Shown in pieces: positions 49,331 through 59,181 of a stretch of 64,000 bases of DNA. The stretch lies in NCBI GenBank assembly GCA_018646985.1, contig JABGTR010000022.1, forward strand, positions 4,343 to 68,342, in the 5' to 3' direction. The position numbers and the translations under genes are program-made. The notes beneath the pieces are model-generated. The model was given only the letters and a program-made list of their open reading frames with translations. It searched no databases and had not been told where the DNA came from. The DNA comes from Minisyncoccota bacterium (GTDB lineage Bacteria > Patescibacteriota > Microgenomatia > UBA1400 > PJMF01). How positions within the stretch are numbered: the stretch's first letter is position 1; the number at the start of each line of letters is the position of its first letter.

Positions 49331-50233
49331 TTAATCCTCGAGGAGTTGCTTTAATGCTGAGACATTCTTGGCATCTGGTCCTTTTTTATCAGCCCCTGGC
49401 ACTTCTAATAACAATGGGATTTCTTTAGTTTGAGAATAATTGAGAAAATACTTTAAATCTGCCTGAGGAATAATCCCCTCTCCCAAGTTGGCGTGACGAT
49501 CTCGGCCTGAACCAAACTCATCTCGACTATCATTAACATGAATTACCTTCAAGCTGGACCATAGCTCCAAACGATTAATGGCCTCCAAAGCTGTTTCAGC
49601 TCTCACATTTTTAACTTCAGTTGGCTCTGCTATCAAAGAATCCTGCCCATCTTTCTGCTTGGCTTCTTCCCCTAGTGCATATCCAGCTGCATGCGCGTGA
49701 CAGGTATCAAAACACCAACCGAGCTTCGGAGAATCAACCTCGTCAAGCAACCATCTAATCTCTGCCAAATCACTATTTAACTTTCCATTTTGACCAGCTG
49801 AGTTTTCAATTAATAAAGTTGAGTTGGCTGAACTCTCATTTAAGAGCTGTTTAATCTCTGTTGCCACCTGTTCTCTAACTGTTTCCCAACCTCTACCCTG
49901 ATGACTGCCCAAATGCACGATTACTCCTGAACCTTTCACTAAGGCATCAAAGGCTAAATCATACTTTAAAGTGGCAAGTGATTTTTCTATTAGCTCAGGT
50001 TTATCAGAGGCTAAGTTCACTAAATAGATGGCATGGGTAAAGATTGATGAAACACCATATTTAGCTTGTTCTGCAAACATCTTATCGACATCATGATTGG
50101 CTAAATCTGTCTTTCTCCAAACCCGAGGACTGCCCGAAAACAACTGCAGACAATTGCAACCAATATCAGCCGCTCTCTTCGGGGTATTCTCTACCCCTCC
50201 AGCTGCTGAAACATGGGCACCAATCTGTTGCAT
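49331..50233 (-). CDS. nfo: Endonuclease IV (AP endonuclease, TIM barrel)
   Basis: MQQIGAHVSAAGG...CLQLF and HAHAAGY motifs. Zn-ligand His/Asp/Glu pattern. Confidence 0.85.
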   Translation of the reverse strand: MQQIGAHVSAAGGVENTPKRAADIGCNCLQLFSGSPRVWRKTDLANHDVDKMFAEQAKYGVSSIFTHAIYLVNLASDKPELIEKSLATLKYDLAFDALVKGSGVIVHLGSHQGRGWETVREQVATEIKQLLNESSANSTLLIENSAGQNGKLNSDLAEIRWLLDEVDSPKLGWCFDTCHAHAAGYALGEEAKQKDGQDSLIAEPTEVKNVRAETALEAINRLELWSSLKVIHVNDSRDEFGSGRDRHANLGEGIIPQADLKYFLNYSQTKEIPLLLEVPGADKKGPDAKNVSALKQLLED

Positions 50234-50244
50234 ATAACTCTATT

Positions 50245-51579
50245 CTAGCGTGCTTGATACTGTTTAAATAGCTGAGCAAATAGCTCCGGGACCAACGCCA
50301 TCTGCTCTGGAGATTCTACATAAGAGATCCTCATTTGAGTCTGACCAGGATTACTAACTCCATCAGGTAACTCATAAAAGCCAGCCATTGGCGAAACTAA
50401 AAGAGTCAGCTGCTGACCATTGATATCTACCTTACCTTCACTAGCACAGTACATTGAAAAATCTTGAGCATCAAAACCGTCATCAACTAGCTGTCTGACA
50501 TCGACTACTGAGTATAAAGATGCATCAGGGTTAGATACAATCACTCCTGGTAAAATATGTTTTAATTTCGTAGTTAAATCAATTAACATCGGCGCATAGT
50601 AGGCTCGTTGTTTCTCATACCAATTCTGCAGGTCATCATGACTAACTTCAGCTAAACCACCAATTAACCAAGAAGCAATTACCGGCGGACATAAATTAGC
50701 GGTATTTTCTGCTACTGACTGTTGATGAAACTCTTCGTTGTCTGTTACCAACCAACCAATTCTAAAGCCACACCCATTCCACACCTTAGAAGCTGACTCA
50801 ATACTAATCCTGCGACCAGTGATTCCGGGCACTTCTGCCTCTGTCAGTGCCCAAACACTAGTGTTGGTATTTTCTCCTGTGTAGGATAATTCGCGATAAG
50901 CTTCATCACTTACCAGCCATAGATTGTGTTTAATCGCTAATTTGGCTAGTTTAATCATATTTTCTGGGCTATAAAGCTGACCAGTAGGATTATCAAACGG
51001 GATCACCACCATCGCACCTGGATTTTCTTTCTCAATTACTTCTTCGATCTCATCTATATTAGGCAGGGTAAATTCACCCTGATCACTCAAAGTTCTGGTG
51101 ACTGCAACCACTTTCCGCCCCACTCGACTCGCAAAAGAACGATAGTTTGAATAAGCCGGGTTGATCATTAAGAGTGGCCTTTCCTGACTTCCGGCTGGAC
51201 CGCAAACACCTAGGATCGCTAGCTCCATCGCATGAGAACCACCATCGGTGACTTGGGCATAGAGACCATCTGTCTTCAAATTACTGGAGGCAATCACGTT
51301 TAAAATAGCTTGACGGGTTTCATCCATCCCCACCGTAGCTGAATACTTCACGACCCCACCTTTAAAAGGGCTCTTATCCCCCATCAGGTTCTTCATTCTG
51401 TCTTGAATTTGAGGGTGAGTAGGTAGAGAAACATTCCCGATCGAACAATTAACTGCCTCTACTCCATCGGTGCGTTTATTAAACTCTATTTGAGTCAAAC
51501 GGACCGCAGACGGTTGGCGGGATTTAAATAATTTGGATAAAGAAGGGGTTTGGTTTTTCATAGAAAACCAGTTTACCAT
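50245..51579 (-). CDS. PLP-dependent aminotransferase, class I/II fold
   Basis: SASKVWNGCGFRIGW supplies the Schiff-base Lys (SxSK). NPTG motif. Confidence 0.6.
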   Translation of the reverse strand: MVNWFSMKNQTPSLSKLFKSRQPSAVRLTQIEFNKRTDGVEAVNCSIGNVSLPTHPQIQDRMKNLMGDKSPFKGGVVKYSATVGMDETRQAILNVIASSNLKTDGLYAQVTDGGSHAMELAILGVCGPAGSQERPLLMINPAYSNYRSFASRVGRKVVAVTRTLSDQGEFTLPNIDEIEEVIEKENPGAMVVIPFDNPTGQLYSPENMIKLAKLAIKHNLWLVSDEAYRELSYTGENTNTSVWALTEAEVPGITGRRISIESASKVWNGCGFRIGWLVTDNEEFHQQSVAENTANLCPPVIASWLIGGLAEVSHDDLQNWYEKQRAYYAPMLIDLTTKLKHILPGVIVSNPDASLYSVVDVRQLVDDGFDAQDFSMYCASEGKVDINGQQLTLLVSPMAGFYELPDGVSNPGQTQMRISYVESPEQMALVPELFAQLFKQYQAR

Positions 51580-52886
51580 ACGAATAATGGAAATTTTTTA
51601 GCTAGCTTGATTACTTCTTCTCTAATTTCAAGCAGTCTTTGATCGTTTCTAACATTCTCTCTAAACTCTTTGATAAATTTACTGCGATCTTTTCTATCTT
51701 GAGGTAATTCATAATCCTTCACTATCTCCACCACCTGAGCAATCCAGCCCGCAATCTGATTCATCTCAGCTTCTTTCATCCCGCGCGTAGTCACTAGTGG
51801 TGTTCCCAGTCGAATCCCAGAAGGATAAAAGGGTGAGCAAGGCTCATGAGGAATACTATTGCGATTGGCGTACATGCCAGCCACATCCATTGCAAAAGCT
51901 ACTTGTGTTCCCAACCCAAAACCTTGTGGGGTTAAATCAATCAGCATTAAATGATTTTCAGTTCCATCTCCCACCAGCTTCAAGCCCTCATCCTGGAGAG
52001 ATTTAGCTAAAGCCTGTGCATTCGTCATTACCTGTTGCCCATAAGCTTTAAACTCTGGTTTCATCGCCTCCGCGGCCGCAATTGCAATCCCGGCAGTGGT
52101 GGCATTATGTGGACCTCCCTGGAGACCTGGAATAATGGCCATATCAATTTTACCTCCGAGGGTAGAGTCTCGCTCTAATCCTCGATCGGTGACCATAATC
52201 ATCGCCCCACGGGGACCACGGAAAGTCTTGTGAGTAGTAGACATAATTACATCTGCATATGGGACTGGCGAAGGATGCTCTCCCGCTATTATCAAGCCAG
52301 TGATGTGTGAAATATCTGCCAACAACCAAGCGCCCACCTCATCAGCAATCTCGCGGAACTTATCAAACTCTAAAATAAATGGATAAGCGGTAGTGCCGAC
52401 AATGATTAGCTTAGGTTTGTGCTCTAAAGCCAACTCACGCAATTTCTTAAAATCAATCCGCGCATTTTCATCTAGCTGGTACTGAACAGAGTTAAAATAC
52501 TTTCCAGAAAAAGTCACCCTAGGATGACCATGGGTTAAGTGCCCTCCACCAGACAAAGCTAAGCCCATCAAGGTATCCCCCGGCTCTAGAAGTGCAAACT
52601 CAATCGCACTATTGGCCGGCGAGCCAGAATATGGTTGTACATTCACATACGGCACCTTAAACAATTCTTTAATTCGATCTCGAGCCTCATTTTCTATTTT
52701 GTCTACTAATTGATTACCTTCATAGTAACGCCGTCCTGGATAGCCTTCAGCATACTTACTATTAAGAGTTGAAGATAAAACTTCTGACACCTCTGGAGAG
52801 ATGTGGTTCTCTGAAGGAATCAAGCCAATCATCTCTAGCTGGCGCTGCTCTTCTTGTTCAATATATTGATTAATTACGTCTGTCAT
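51573..52886 (-). CDS. glyA: Serine hydroxymethyltransferase
   Basis: LIPSENHISPEV, YAEGYPGRRYY and TTHKTFRGPRGAMI motifs. Confidence 0.92.
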   Translation of the reverse strand: MTDVINQYIEQEEQRQLEMIGLIPSENHISPEVSEVLSSTLNSKYAEGYPGRRYYEGNQLVDKIENEARDRIKELFKVPYVNVQPYSGSPANSAIEFALLEPGDTLMGLALSGGGHLTHGHPRVTFSGKYFNSVQYQLDENARIDFKKLRELALEHKPKLIIVGTTAYPFILEFDKFREIADEVGAWLLADISHITGLIIAGEHPSPVPYADVIMSTTHKTFRGPRGAMIMVTDRGLERDSTLGGKIDMAIIPGLQGGPHNATTAGIAIAAAEAMKPEFKAYGQQVMTNAQALAKSLQDEGLKLVGDGTENHLMLIDLTPQGFGLGTQVAFAMDVAGMYANRNSIPHEPCSPFYPSGIRLGTPLVTTRGMKEAEMNQIAGWIAQVVEIVKDYELPQDRKDRSKFIKEFRENVRNDQRLLEIREEVIKLAKKFPLFVW

Positions 52887-52907
52887 TCATCCAGTATACT
52901 ATGAGCA

Positions 52908-53528
52908 ATGAAGAAATCAGCTTTAATTCATCCCTACATCGAGCGTATTTTACGCCAAATTATTCTTAAAGATCTGGCTAACAAGGGCCGCCCTCATTGG
53001 GACAAGCCTCATACTGAAGCCGTAGTGCATTGGATGAAGTATTTATTAGAAAAAATTGATAATCCTCAACTCAACTCTAAGGTAATGATCACAGCCGCCT
53101 ATGCTCACGATTGGGGTTATATTAGCTTATTTAGCCAGAAAAAAATCTCCAGCATCAAAGAAGTCATTCCTTACAAAAAAGCTCACATGAAGCGCAGTGT
53201 AGAGTTGATTGAGCGCTTAATATCTCAGCGCTTACCAGGCTATTTTAGCCAGTCAGAACTACTGAAAATAACTCGTATTATTTCTGTCCATGATGATATT
53301 AAAAATATTTCTGATGAAGATGAAACCCTTCTTATGGAATGTGATGCGCTAGGAATGCTAGATTCAGAGTTAGCCCCACCCACTCTTTCAGCTAAAGAAA
53401 ATGATTACTTTATGAAACACAGCATCTATAAAATGCGACTACCAAAATTCACCCATCCAGAAGCTAAAGAGATTGCGGAGAAATTGATTGAGAAACGAGA
53501 AGAATTTTACTCATCCTTAGAGAAATAA
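52908..53528 (+). CDS. HD-domain-like phosphohydrolase
   Basis: An H...HD pattern (AAYAHDWGY) and later His/Asp residues. Confidence 0.35.
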   Translation: MKKSALIHPYIERILRQIILKDLANKGRPHWDKPHTEAVVHWMKYLLEKIDNPQLNSKVMITAAYAHDWGYISLFSQKKISSIKEVIPYKKAHMKRSVELIERLISQRLPGYFSQSELLKITRIISVHDDIKNISDEDETLLMECDALGMLDSELAPPTLSAKENDYFMKHSIYKMRLPKFTHPEAKEIAEKLIEKREEFYSSLEK

Positions 53529-54082
53529 CTCACCTGCTCATCATTAAAACCAAACTCTGAAATTTGCTTTTCTATTTCCTCATCAATTTTACCTTGCTTT
53601 TTCAAAATTCGACTCACATCACTGATTGTCTCTCGGACTTCATAGGGGAAAATTACCCATTGATCAGTTTCTACTTGCCAAAAATCTGGCTTAAACCTAC
53701 TAATTGGTTTTATATATGGAGCCAGTGTCACAATCTCTTGGGGCTGAAATTTCCGCAGATACTCCAGAGCTGCTTCAAAAGAGCTACCACTATCGATAAT
53801 CTCATCAACTAGCAAGATCTTCTCGTCCTTGATACTAGTTTTTAACTCTTCTAGAATTTTAGGCTGACTCAGTTTTCCAATTTCTTTATAAGCTACCATC
53901 ACAAAACTGGAAATCTTTAATCCTAAAAAATCAGATAGAAACCGAGCTACTATTGCTCCTCCTCGATCAATGCAGACAATCCGATCAAACTTTTGCCCAC
54001 TCGCCTCTACTTTTTTAGCCAACTCAAAAACATCTTGATGAAATTGTGACCAGGTTAAAGATAAAAAAGAAATTTGTGACAT
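53507..54082 (-). CDS. Type I phosphoribosyltransferase, purine PRT-like
   Basis: PRPP-binding motif ILLVDEIIDSGSS. Confidence 0.6.
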   Translation of the reverse strand: MSQISFLSLTWSQFHQDVFELAKKVEASGQKFDRIVCIDRGGAIVARFLSDFLGLKISSFVMVAYKEIGKLSQPKILEELKTSIKDEKILLVDEIIDSGSSFEAALEYLRKFQPQEIVTLAPYIKPISRFKPDFWQVETDQWVIFPYEVRETISDVSRILKKQGKIDEEIEKQISEFGFNDEQVSYFSKDE

Positions 54083-54098
54083 AAGGCCTTTCCTAGAT

Positions 54099-54899
54099 TT
54101 AGTTCAATCCTAACAAACTTACTGCTACTTGTTGATATCCACCGTAACCCTTCCTGTCTCTACGCTTTTGCCCTTCAATAGAAAAGTTAAATGCCAACTG
54201 AGATAATAGCTGAGGTGGAATAACTTTATTTGTAATCATCATTATCAAAAAATCATGAGGAATCTCTTTCCAAACTCTATGTCCCTCTATATAATTAGCA
54301 ACTCTTACAATTGCTCTATCGTCTGTAGCTAACTCAGCTAATTCAAACCCCGTATTAAAATTTATATTAAATGATTCTTCAATCTCTGCTTTTGTAGGTG
54401 GAGTACTAAACTCTGCCTGAATAACTAATCGGATCACCTGTCTATCACTTGATTGGAGCTGGTCTTCATGATCTTTCCAAAATAACTGAAAACCAAAAGA
54501 CAGTAGCCATTCTACAGTAATATTTTGATCACCCTCAACTTGCTCCCACTCAGCAATCACTGCTTCTCTAGCCTTAGCAACAACAGCTTCAAACTCTGGA
54601 TGGTCTTGATAACGACTGATCTTTAATCGTTGTTTATCATCCATCCCTCTATACTCAACATCAGATGAAATCACCATTAATATTCCCCCTGCAGGGATAT
54701 CACTCATTTGCCCTACCCGGAGTTTCCATAGCGCAGCTGCTAAATCACTTTCAGTTGGTTCAGCTTCACCAATAATTTTTTCGGCATTAACTGCCTGGGA
54801 CATAAGCCCATATGCTTCTTTAAAACCACGCACCACCTTTGTGGGGTTTCCGTTGGCATGAAGAACATCTGGTTTACCGGTCATATTTGACTCAATCAA
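54099..54899 (-). CDS. Hypothetical protein
   Basis: ORF only. No motif recognised. Confidence 0.3.
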   Translation of the reverse strand: MIESNMTGKPDVLHANGNPTKVVRGFKEAYGLMSQAVNAEKIIGEAEPTESDLAAALWKLRVGQMSDIPAGGILMVISSDVEYRGMDDKQRLKISRYQDHPEFEAVVAKAREAVIAEWEQVEGDQNITVEWLLSFGFQLFWKDHEDQLQSSDRQVIRLVIQAEFSTPPTKAEIEESFNINFNTGFELAELATDDRAIVRVANYIEGHRVWKEIPHDFLIMMITNKVIPPQLLSQLAFNFSIEGQKRRDRKGYGGYQQVAVSLLGLN

Positions 54900-55072
54900 G
54901 TCAAAAAACCAAAATTAGTGAGTGAAAAAGTGTGTTTAAATAAAAAAAACACCCCTTCTTGTCTTTAGCTCGACTTGGTTTTCCTCTCCCCGATTTTGCG
55001 GGGCGGTTTGTGACTTGGGAGCGAAAGCAATTTTGAGATGCTATCGCAACTTATTATTTATATAAAGGTGAA

Positions 55073-55888
55073 TTATACAGACTTATTCAAAAAACTCAAA
55101 GCCTGTCGCAAATCCTCCGCTAGCTCAACCTCAAAACTAACTTTTTTACCAGTTCTAGGATGGATAAAATTAATTTGACTAGCGTGCAAAAACTGTCGTG
55201 GACACCAAACTTCATCGAGCTTAACCCGCTTTTTACCCACATACTTATCATCTCCCACTAGCGGATGTTTCCAATGCTTTAGATGAACTCTAATTTGATG
55301 AGTACGGCCAGTTTTAGGCCAACAGTTAACTAATGAAAATCCCTGATAGGAAGAGAGATTTTTCTTAAATTCCTTCAACTTCTCCAAGCCTTGGTCATTT
55401 AAATCGGGATAATAATCAATTACCTTATATTCAGTAGTTGCTGATCTGCCATCCGAAGAAACATCAAATTTCTGACGATTTGTTCTAGATCTCCCCAGTG
55501 GAGCAATAATATTCCCCTGTGGAACTCTAAACTTGCCATGAGCCAAGCAAGTATATTTTTTACTAGTTTTTCTCTCACGAAACTGAGCCAATAAATTCAC
55601 CAAAGAACCAGGGTTTTTAGCCGCTACCATAACTCCACTAGTATCTTTATCTAGGCGATGAACCAAGCCAGCTCGCTCTTTAAAAATCTCTTCAACCGTT
55701 CCATACTCATTATTGAAATCAGCCGGCACTAACTCTTTCCAATCATCAGAAACATTCTGAGCAGTTTTCTCTACTAGCCAATCTTGTAAACTAGGCTCTT
55801 TTACTGATTGAGCGCTATTTGATACCATTCCCGCTGGTTTATTCACTACCAATATGTCTTGATCTTCAAAAATTATTTCAACCTTCAT
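55073..55888 (-). CDS. RluA-family pseudouridine synthase
   Basis: Catalytic motif HRLDKDTSGVMVAAK. Confidence 0.8.
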   Translation of the reverse strand: MKVEIIFEDQDILVVNKPAGMVSNSAQSVKEPSLQDWLVEKTAQNVSDDWKELVPADFNNEYGTVEEIFKERAGLVHRLDKDTSGVMVAAKNPGSLVNLLAQFRERKTSKKYTCLAHGKFRVPQGNIIAPLGRSRTNRQKFDVSSDGRSATTEYKVIDYYPDLNDQGLEKLKEFKKNLSSYQGFSLVNCWPKTGRTHQIRVHLKHWKHPLVGDDKYVGKKRVKLDEVWCPRQFLHASQINFIHPRTGKKVSFEVELAEDLRQALSFLNKSV

Positions 55889-56267
55889 AGCGACCTTTAA
55901 ATTCTTTTATTAATAACAAAATAAGTGAGATGAAGAGATAAAAATCAGCTAAATTATTTTTGATCTCCAGATAAGGCAATGAAATCCAATCAATCACTCC
56001 TCCAAAAAAAATTCGATCTAACAAATTAGAAATAACTCCTGCCCAAAAAAGTCCATAAATTGCTGGATGTCGCCGCCACTCTTTCTTCAATAAATAAGCA
56101 ATGGCAATTGCTAAAAAAACTAATAGTACGGTCATTGTTTCACTTGATAACTCACTCAACCAACCAAAGGAAATTCCAGAGTTAAGATCAGTCTCAAGAT
56201 ATGCAGCTGCTATCAATTTGCTAATCTGATCTAACACTAAAGATATTAAAAAAACTGGCCAGAACAT
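55878..56267 (-). CDS. lspA: Lipoprotein signal peptidase II, short
   Basis: Conserved DQ.SK, NSGISFG and NLLDRIFFGGVIDW boxes. Four transmembrane segments. Confidence 0.72.
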   Translation of the reverse strand: MFWPVFLISLVLDQISKLIAAAYLETDLNSGISFGWLSELSSETMTVLLVFLAIAIAYLLKKEWRRHPAIYGLFWAGVISNLLDRIFFGGVIDWISLPYLEIKNNLADFYLFISLILLLIKEFKGRYEG

Positions 56268-56268
56268 A

Positions 56269-57063
56269 TTAATTTTTGTTATTTTTAAAAATTATTAATC
56301 TACCCGACTTAATATACATCATCACTCCTCCAAACAGAGCCATTGCTCCATAAACCAGATAATCTAATCCAAACTGATTAATTTCAAGTTGGGCTGGCCT
56401 AACAAACCTCATGAGTAGCATTGATAGTCCAGTAACTATTAAGAAAATAGAAGTCAAAAAGCCAGTCTGAGCTGTCTTTTTACCAGCTCGATACCAGAGG
56501 AAAGTTCGGTAGTGATACTCTGCCCAGTACAAATAAATATAAAGTCCTAAATAAACCAAGGCCCCGTATAACTGTGTGGGGTGGTGTTTTACAAAAACAC
56601 CAGGGAAAACCATCCCCCAAGGTAACTGCGTTTCATAACCAAATCCTACTCCCATAAAAAAGTTACCTAATTGCCTGAAAACCATTCCTGCAGAAATAGC
56701 TAAAAACCAAAAATCAAGTACCTCGAACCGATCCCATTTCTTTTTACCTGCATAACGATAAAGGTAAATTGAAGCTCCCAACAAACTAAATATTTCCAAG
56801 CTTCCAGGACGATTGATCACATCAAACCAGTTCCAAATATTTTTTCCCAACTCCCCAAAATTAAATAATACAAATCCTAGCCTACCTACCAACAAACCCA
56901 TCACGCTAGCTAATAAAAATGCGTCGAAGACTTGATCTTGATGATAGTGTTCTTCTCTTGTTTTGCGCCAATATACAAAAGCAGTGGTTAGAAAAGCCAA
57001 TAAATTAAAAATGCTCCCCATGCTAATAGCAACTGAGCCGATGTTGATGAACGTTGGATACAT
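56269..57063 (-). CDS. lgt: Prolipoprotein diacylglyceryl transferase
   Basis: Polytopic. GRLGFVLFNFGE resembles the Lgt signature. Adjacent to and coupled with lspA. Confidence 0.6.
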   Translation of the reverse strand: MYPTFINIGSVAISMGSIFNLLAFLTTAFVYWRKTREEHYHQDQVFDAFLLASVMGLLVGRLGFVLFNFGELGKNIWNWFDVINRPGSLEIFSLLGASIYLYRYAGKKKWDRFEVLDFWFLAISAGMVFRQLGNFFMGVGFGYETQLPWGMVFPGVFVKHHPTQLYGALVYLGLYIYLYWAEYHYRTFLWYRAGKKTAQTGFLTSIFLIVTGLSMLLMRFVRPAQLEINQFGLDYLVYGAMALFGGVMMYIKSGRLIIFKNNKN

Positions 57064-57088
57064 GATCTTTATTGTATACTATACCCCT

Positions 57089-57535
57089 ATGTTATCGATA
57101 TCTCATACCTTAACTGGCGCTTTCATCGCTAGTAAATTACCTCATCCCGCACTTTATATCCCCCTCACTCTTGCCAGCCACTACTTTGAAGACTGGGTTC
57201 CTCACTGGGATGTCGGTACTGGGCTCAGCAATGGAAAAAGAAAAAGAAAAACTGCTTTTTTACTGGAAATAGTGGATTTAGCCATCAGCCTCGCTGCAAT
57301 TTATTATTTCTGGCAATCTGGGCAAAATGAAATCCAATACCACATTTGGATTGGAGCTTTCGTGGGCTTAGTCCCAGATTTTTTAGAAGCACCACGTAAT
57401 TTTCTCAAATGGGAGCCTTGGTTTTTAAAACCACTCAATAACTTCCACCATCTATTCCACAACTCAACGACAAATATGGTATTAGGCCTAACACCGCAAT
57501 TCATTACCGTGGGATTAATTTGGCTGCTAAAGTAA
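57089..57535 (+). CDS. Hypothetical membrane protein, possibly a membrane-bound metal-dependent hydrolase
   Basis: His-rich hydrophobic protein. The start is set at the internal Met to avoid antisense overlap with lgt. Confidence 0.3.
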   Translation: MLSISHTLTGAFIASKLPHPALYIPLTLASHYFEDWVPHWDVGTGLSNGKRKRKTAFLLEIVDLAISLAAIYYFWQSGQNEIQYHIWIGAFVGLVPDFLEAPRNFLKWEPWFLKPLNNFHHLFHNSTTNMVLGLTPQFITVGLIWLLK

Positions 57536-57838
57536 AGTTATCTTAATTCTCTTCCCCATCGCTGCTGCCATATTCATCAGTGTTTGAAGAGTGGGGTTAT
57601 AACTTCCTGATTCTACCTTGGTGATAGTAGTCCGAGGCATTGATGCTTTTTTGGCCAAATCAGCTTGAGTTAATCCTTGTTCTGTTCTAGTTTTCTTTAA
57701 AGACTGGAGGGCATCATAATATGCAATCTCACTCTCCACCATTCTATTTTGCTCATCAGTAAAGTCTTTACTGAATTCACTCCAAGGAATAGTGTTTTTC
57801 TTAATGTAATCCTGTTGCTTCTTACTCATTTTTTTCAT
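57527..57838 (-). CDS. XRE-family helix-turn-helix antitoxin, HigA-like
   Basis: HTH motif QGLTQADLAKKASMPRTTITKVESG. It follows and overlaps the toxin gene. Confidence 0.65.
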   Translation of the reverse strand: MKKMSKKQQDYIKKNTIPWSEFSKDFTDEQNRMVESEIAYYDALQSLKKTRTEQGLTQADLAKKASMPRTTITKVESGSYNPTLQTLMNMAAAMGKRIKITLL

Positions 57839-58152
57839 AGGTATTCCTCCAATCTTTTACGTGCTTTTACTATTTCTCTAGAAGGTGTTTTGTTAGTTTT
57901 TTTCTGAAATACTGATAATAAAATTACATGATTATCCCAAATGTACGCATAAAGAACTCGCCATTGGCTTCCAACTTTAACTCTAATTTCAAATAATTTG
58001 TCATCTATTTTCTTACCAAATGGATCTATCAACTTCCCATCTCTAGACAAAATCATCACTCTAGAATCAATTTTAGCTCTGATATTTTTAGATAATTTCT
58101 TAAATTCTTTCTGTGCTGACTTAGCAACTATTACTTTTTTATTCACTCGCAT
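57835..58152 (-). CDS. RelE/ParE-superfamily toxin, HigB/Gp49-like
   Basis: A toxin-first, HTH-antitoxin-second order with a 4-nt overlap is typical of HigBA. Start choice is uncertain: the upstream in-frame sequence extends to 58269. Confidence 0.45.
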   Translation of the reverse strand: MRVNKKVIVAKSAQKEFKKLSKNIRAKIDSRVMILSRDGKLIDPFGKKIDDKLFEIRVKVGSQWRVLYAYIWDNHVILLSVFQKKTNKTPSREIVKARKRLEEYL

Positions 58153-58256
58153 ATTGTTCCTTAAAAAGAACATTTTGTCAATCAGTAGAAAGTGAAAGTA
58201 GGTTATTTCTGCAGGAACTAGTGGACTCCTGTCCGCCTTGGGCGGGGTGTTGGAAC

Positions 58257-58724
58257 CTATCTCAACCAATCTTTAATTGCCATCAGTATTTGATTGTTGT
58301 CTTCATAAACCACAGCCATTAAGCCTGCCTCTTTTGCTGCCTCTACATTATCTTTAGTATCATCAATGAATATTACTTGACTTGGCTTAACCTCAAGCCT
58401 CTCACAAAGAATATTGTATGCTTTCGGATCAGTCTTCAAAAAACCAATCATTGGGACATTAAACACATCCTTAAACACCGTCCTAACCCTATCTATAATC
58501 TCAGGTGCACTTTGCACTTTTCCAGTCGTAAAAACATACTTATCTATGTCTAATTTCACTAGTTCATCTAATAAATCCTCATTTAGAGAAAAATAATCGT
58601 TAAAGTTTTTGTTCGTGCTCAAAATCTGATCATAAAGCTTATTCAATCCCCCCTGATAACTATTATCTTTAGGAAAAAGTTGAACTTTTGAAAAATCTGA
58701 AATTAATATTTTTTTCATACTCAC
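58257..58724 (-). CDS. HAD-superfamily hydrolase, short
   Basis: Motif III/IV region VIFIDDTKDNVEAAKEAG. Confidence 0.55.
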   Translation of the reverse strand: MSMKKILISDFSKVQLFPKDNSYQGGLNKLYDQILSTNKNFNDYFSLNEDLLDELVKLDIDKYVFTTGKVQSAPEIIDRVRTVFKDVFNVPMIGFLKTDPKAYNILCERLEVKPSQVIFIDDTKDNVEAAKEAGLMAVVYEDNNQILMAIKDWLR

Positions 58725-58737
58725 ATCATATCACATA

Positions 58738-58764
58738 TTAAAAAAGACCTATTTAAAGGTCTTT
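58738..58764 (-). terminator. Rho-independent terminator on the minus strand downstream of tRNA-Leu
   Basis: On the minus strand: aaagacct-ttaaat-aggtcttt followed by TTTTT. Confidence 0.45.
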
Positions 58765-58814
58765 ATTGCCGTTTGCAGTGACTAGTGGACTCGAACCTAA
58801 AAAAATAACTGAGT

Positions 58815-58898
58815 GTGCCGTGGGAGAGAATCGAACTCTCACGAAGTTGCCTTCATGGGTTTTTGAGACCCACGCGTCTACCAATTCCGCCACCACGG
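58815..58898 (-). tRNA. tRNA-Leu (anticodon CAA), type II with long variable arm
   Basis: Reverse complement GCCGTGGTGGCGGAATTGGTAGACGCGTGGGTCTCAAAAACCCATGAAGGCAACTTCGTGAGAGTTCGATTCTCTCCCACGGCA. Confidence 0.85.
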
Positions 58899-58947
58899 CT
58901 TAATGCTTGATATTATATCCTAAATCAGTCATCATAATTATACAATT

Positions 58948-59181
58948 ATGCCACCCGTCGAAGTTATCGTTCAATCTGCTTTTAATGTCAATAATATTTG
59001 GTGGCTAGTCATCAAAACTGTGATCTGGTTTTCAGTTGCACTAATTATCATCATCAAAACTGACTCACCTCACCCCGAAAGAGCTTTCAAAAGCCTTAAA
59101 TCTACATTGGGATTTTTTCTGATGTTTATTTTTCTATCTACGGGATTGCTGTATCTACTCTTTGGCCAAGTACCAACCTAA
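58948..59181 (+). CDS. Hypothetical small membrane protein
   Basis: Two hydrophobic helices. ORF only. Confidence 0.3.
   Translation: MPPVEVIVQSAFNVNNIWWLVIKTVIWFSVALIIIIKTDSPHPERAFKSLKSTLGFFLMFIFLSTGLLYLLFGQVPT

Noticed and set aside
56963-57088. 5' extension of the plus-strand membrane-protein ORF overlapping lgt in antisense
   Set aside because: The in-frame Met at 57089 removes the 100-nt antisense overlap with the lgt start. The extension is probably untranslated.
58766-58814. tRNA-like fragment (tggactcgaacc, T-loop-like) immediately 3' of tRNA-Leu, possibly an att-site duplicate or a second tRNA
   Set aside because: The putative T-stem does not pair (TTAGG against CCACT). No acceptor or anticodon arms can be drawn. 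It does not repeat the tRNA-Leu 3' end. It is most likely chance similarity or a heavily decayed remnant.
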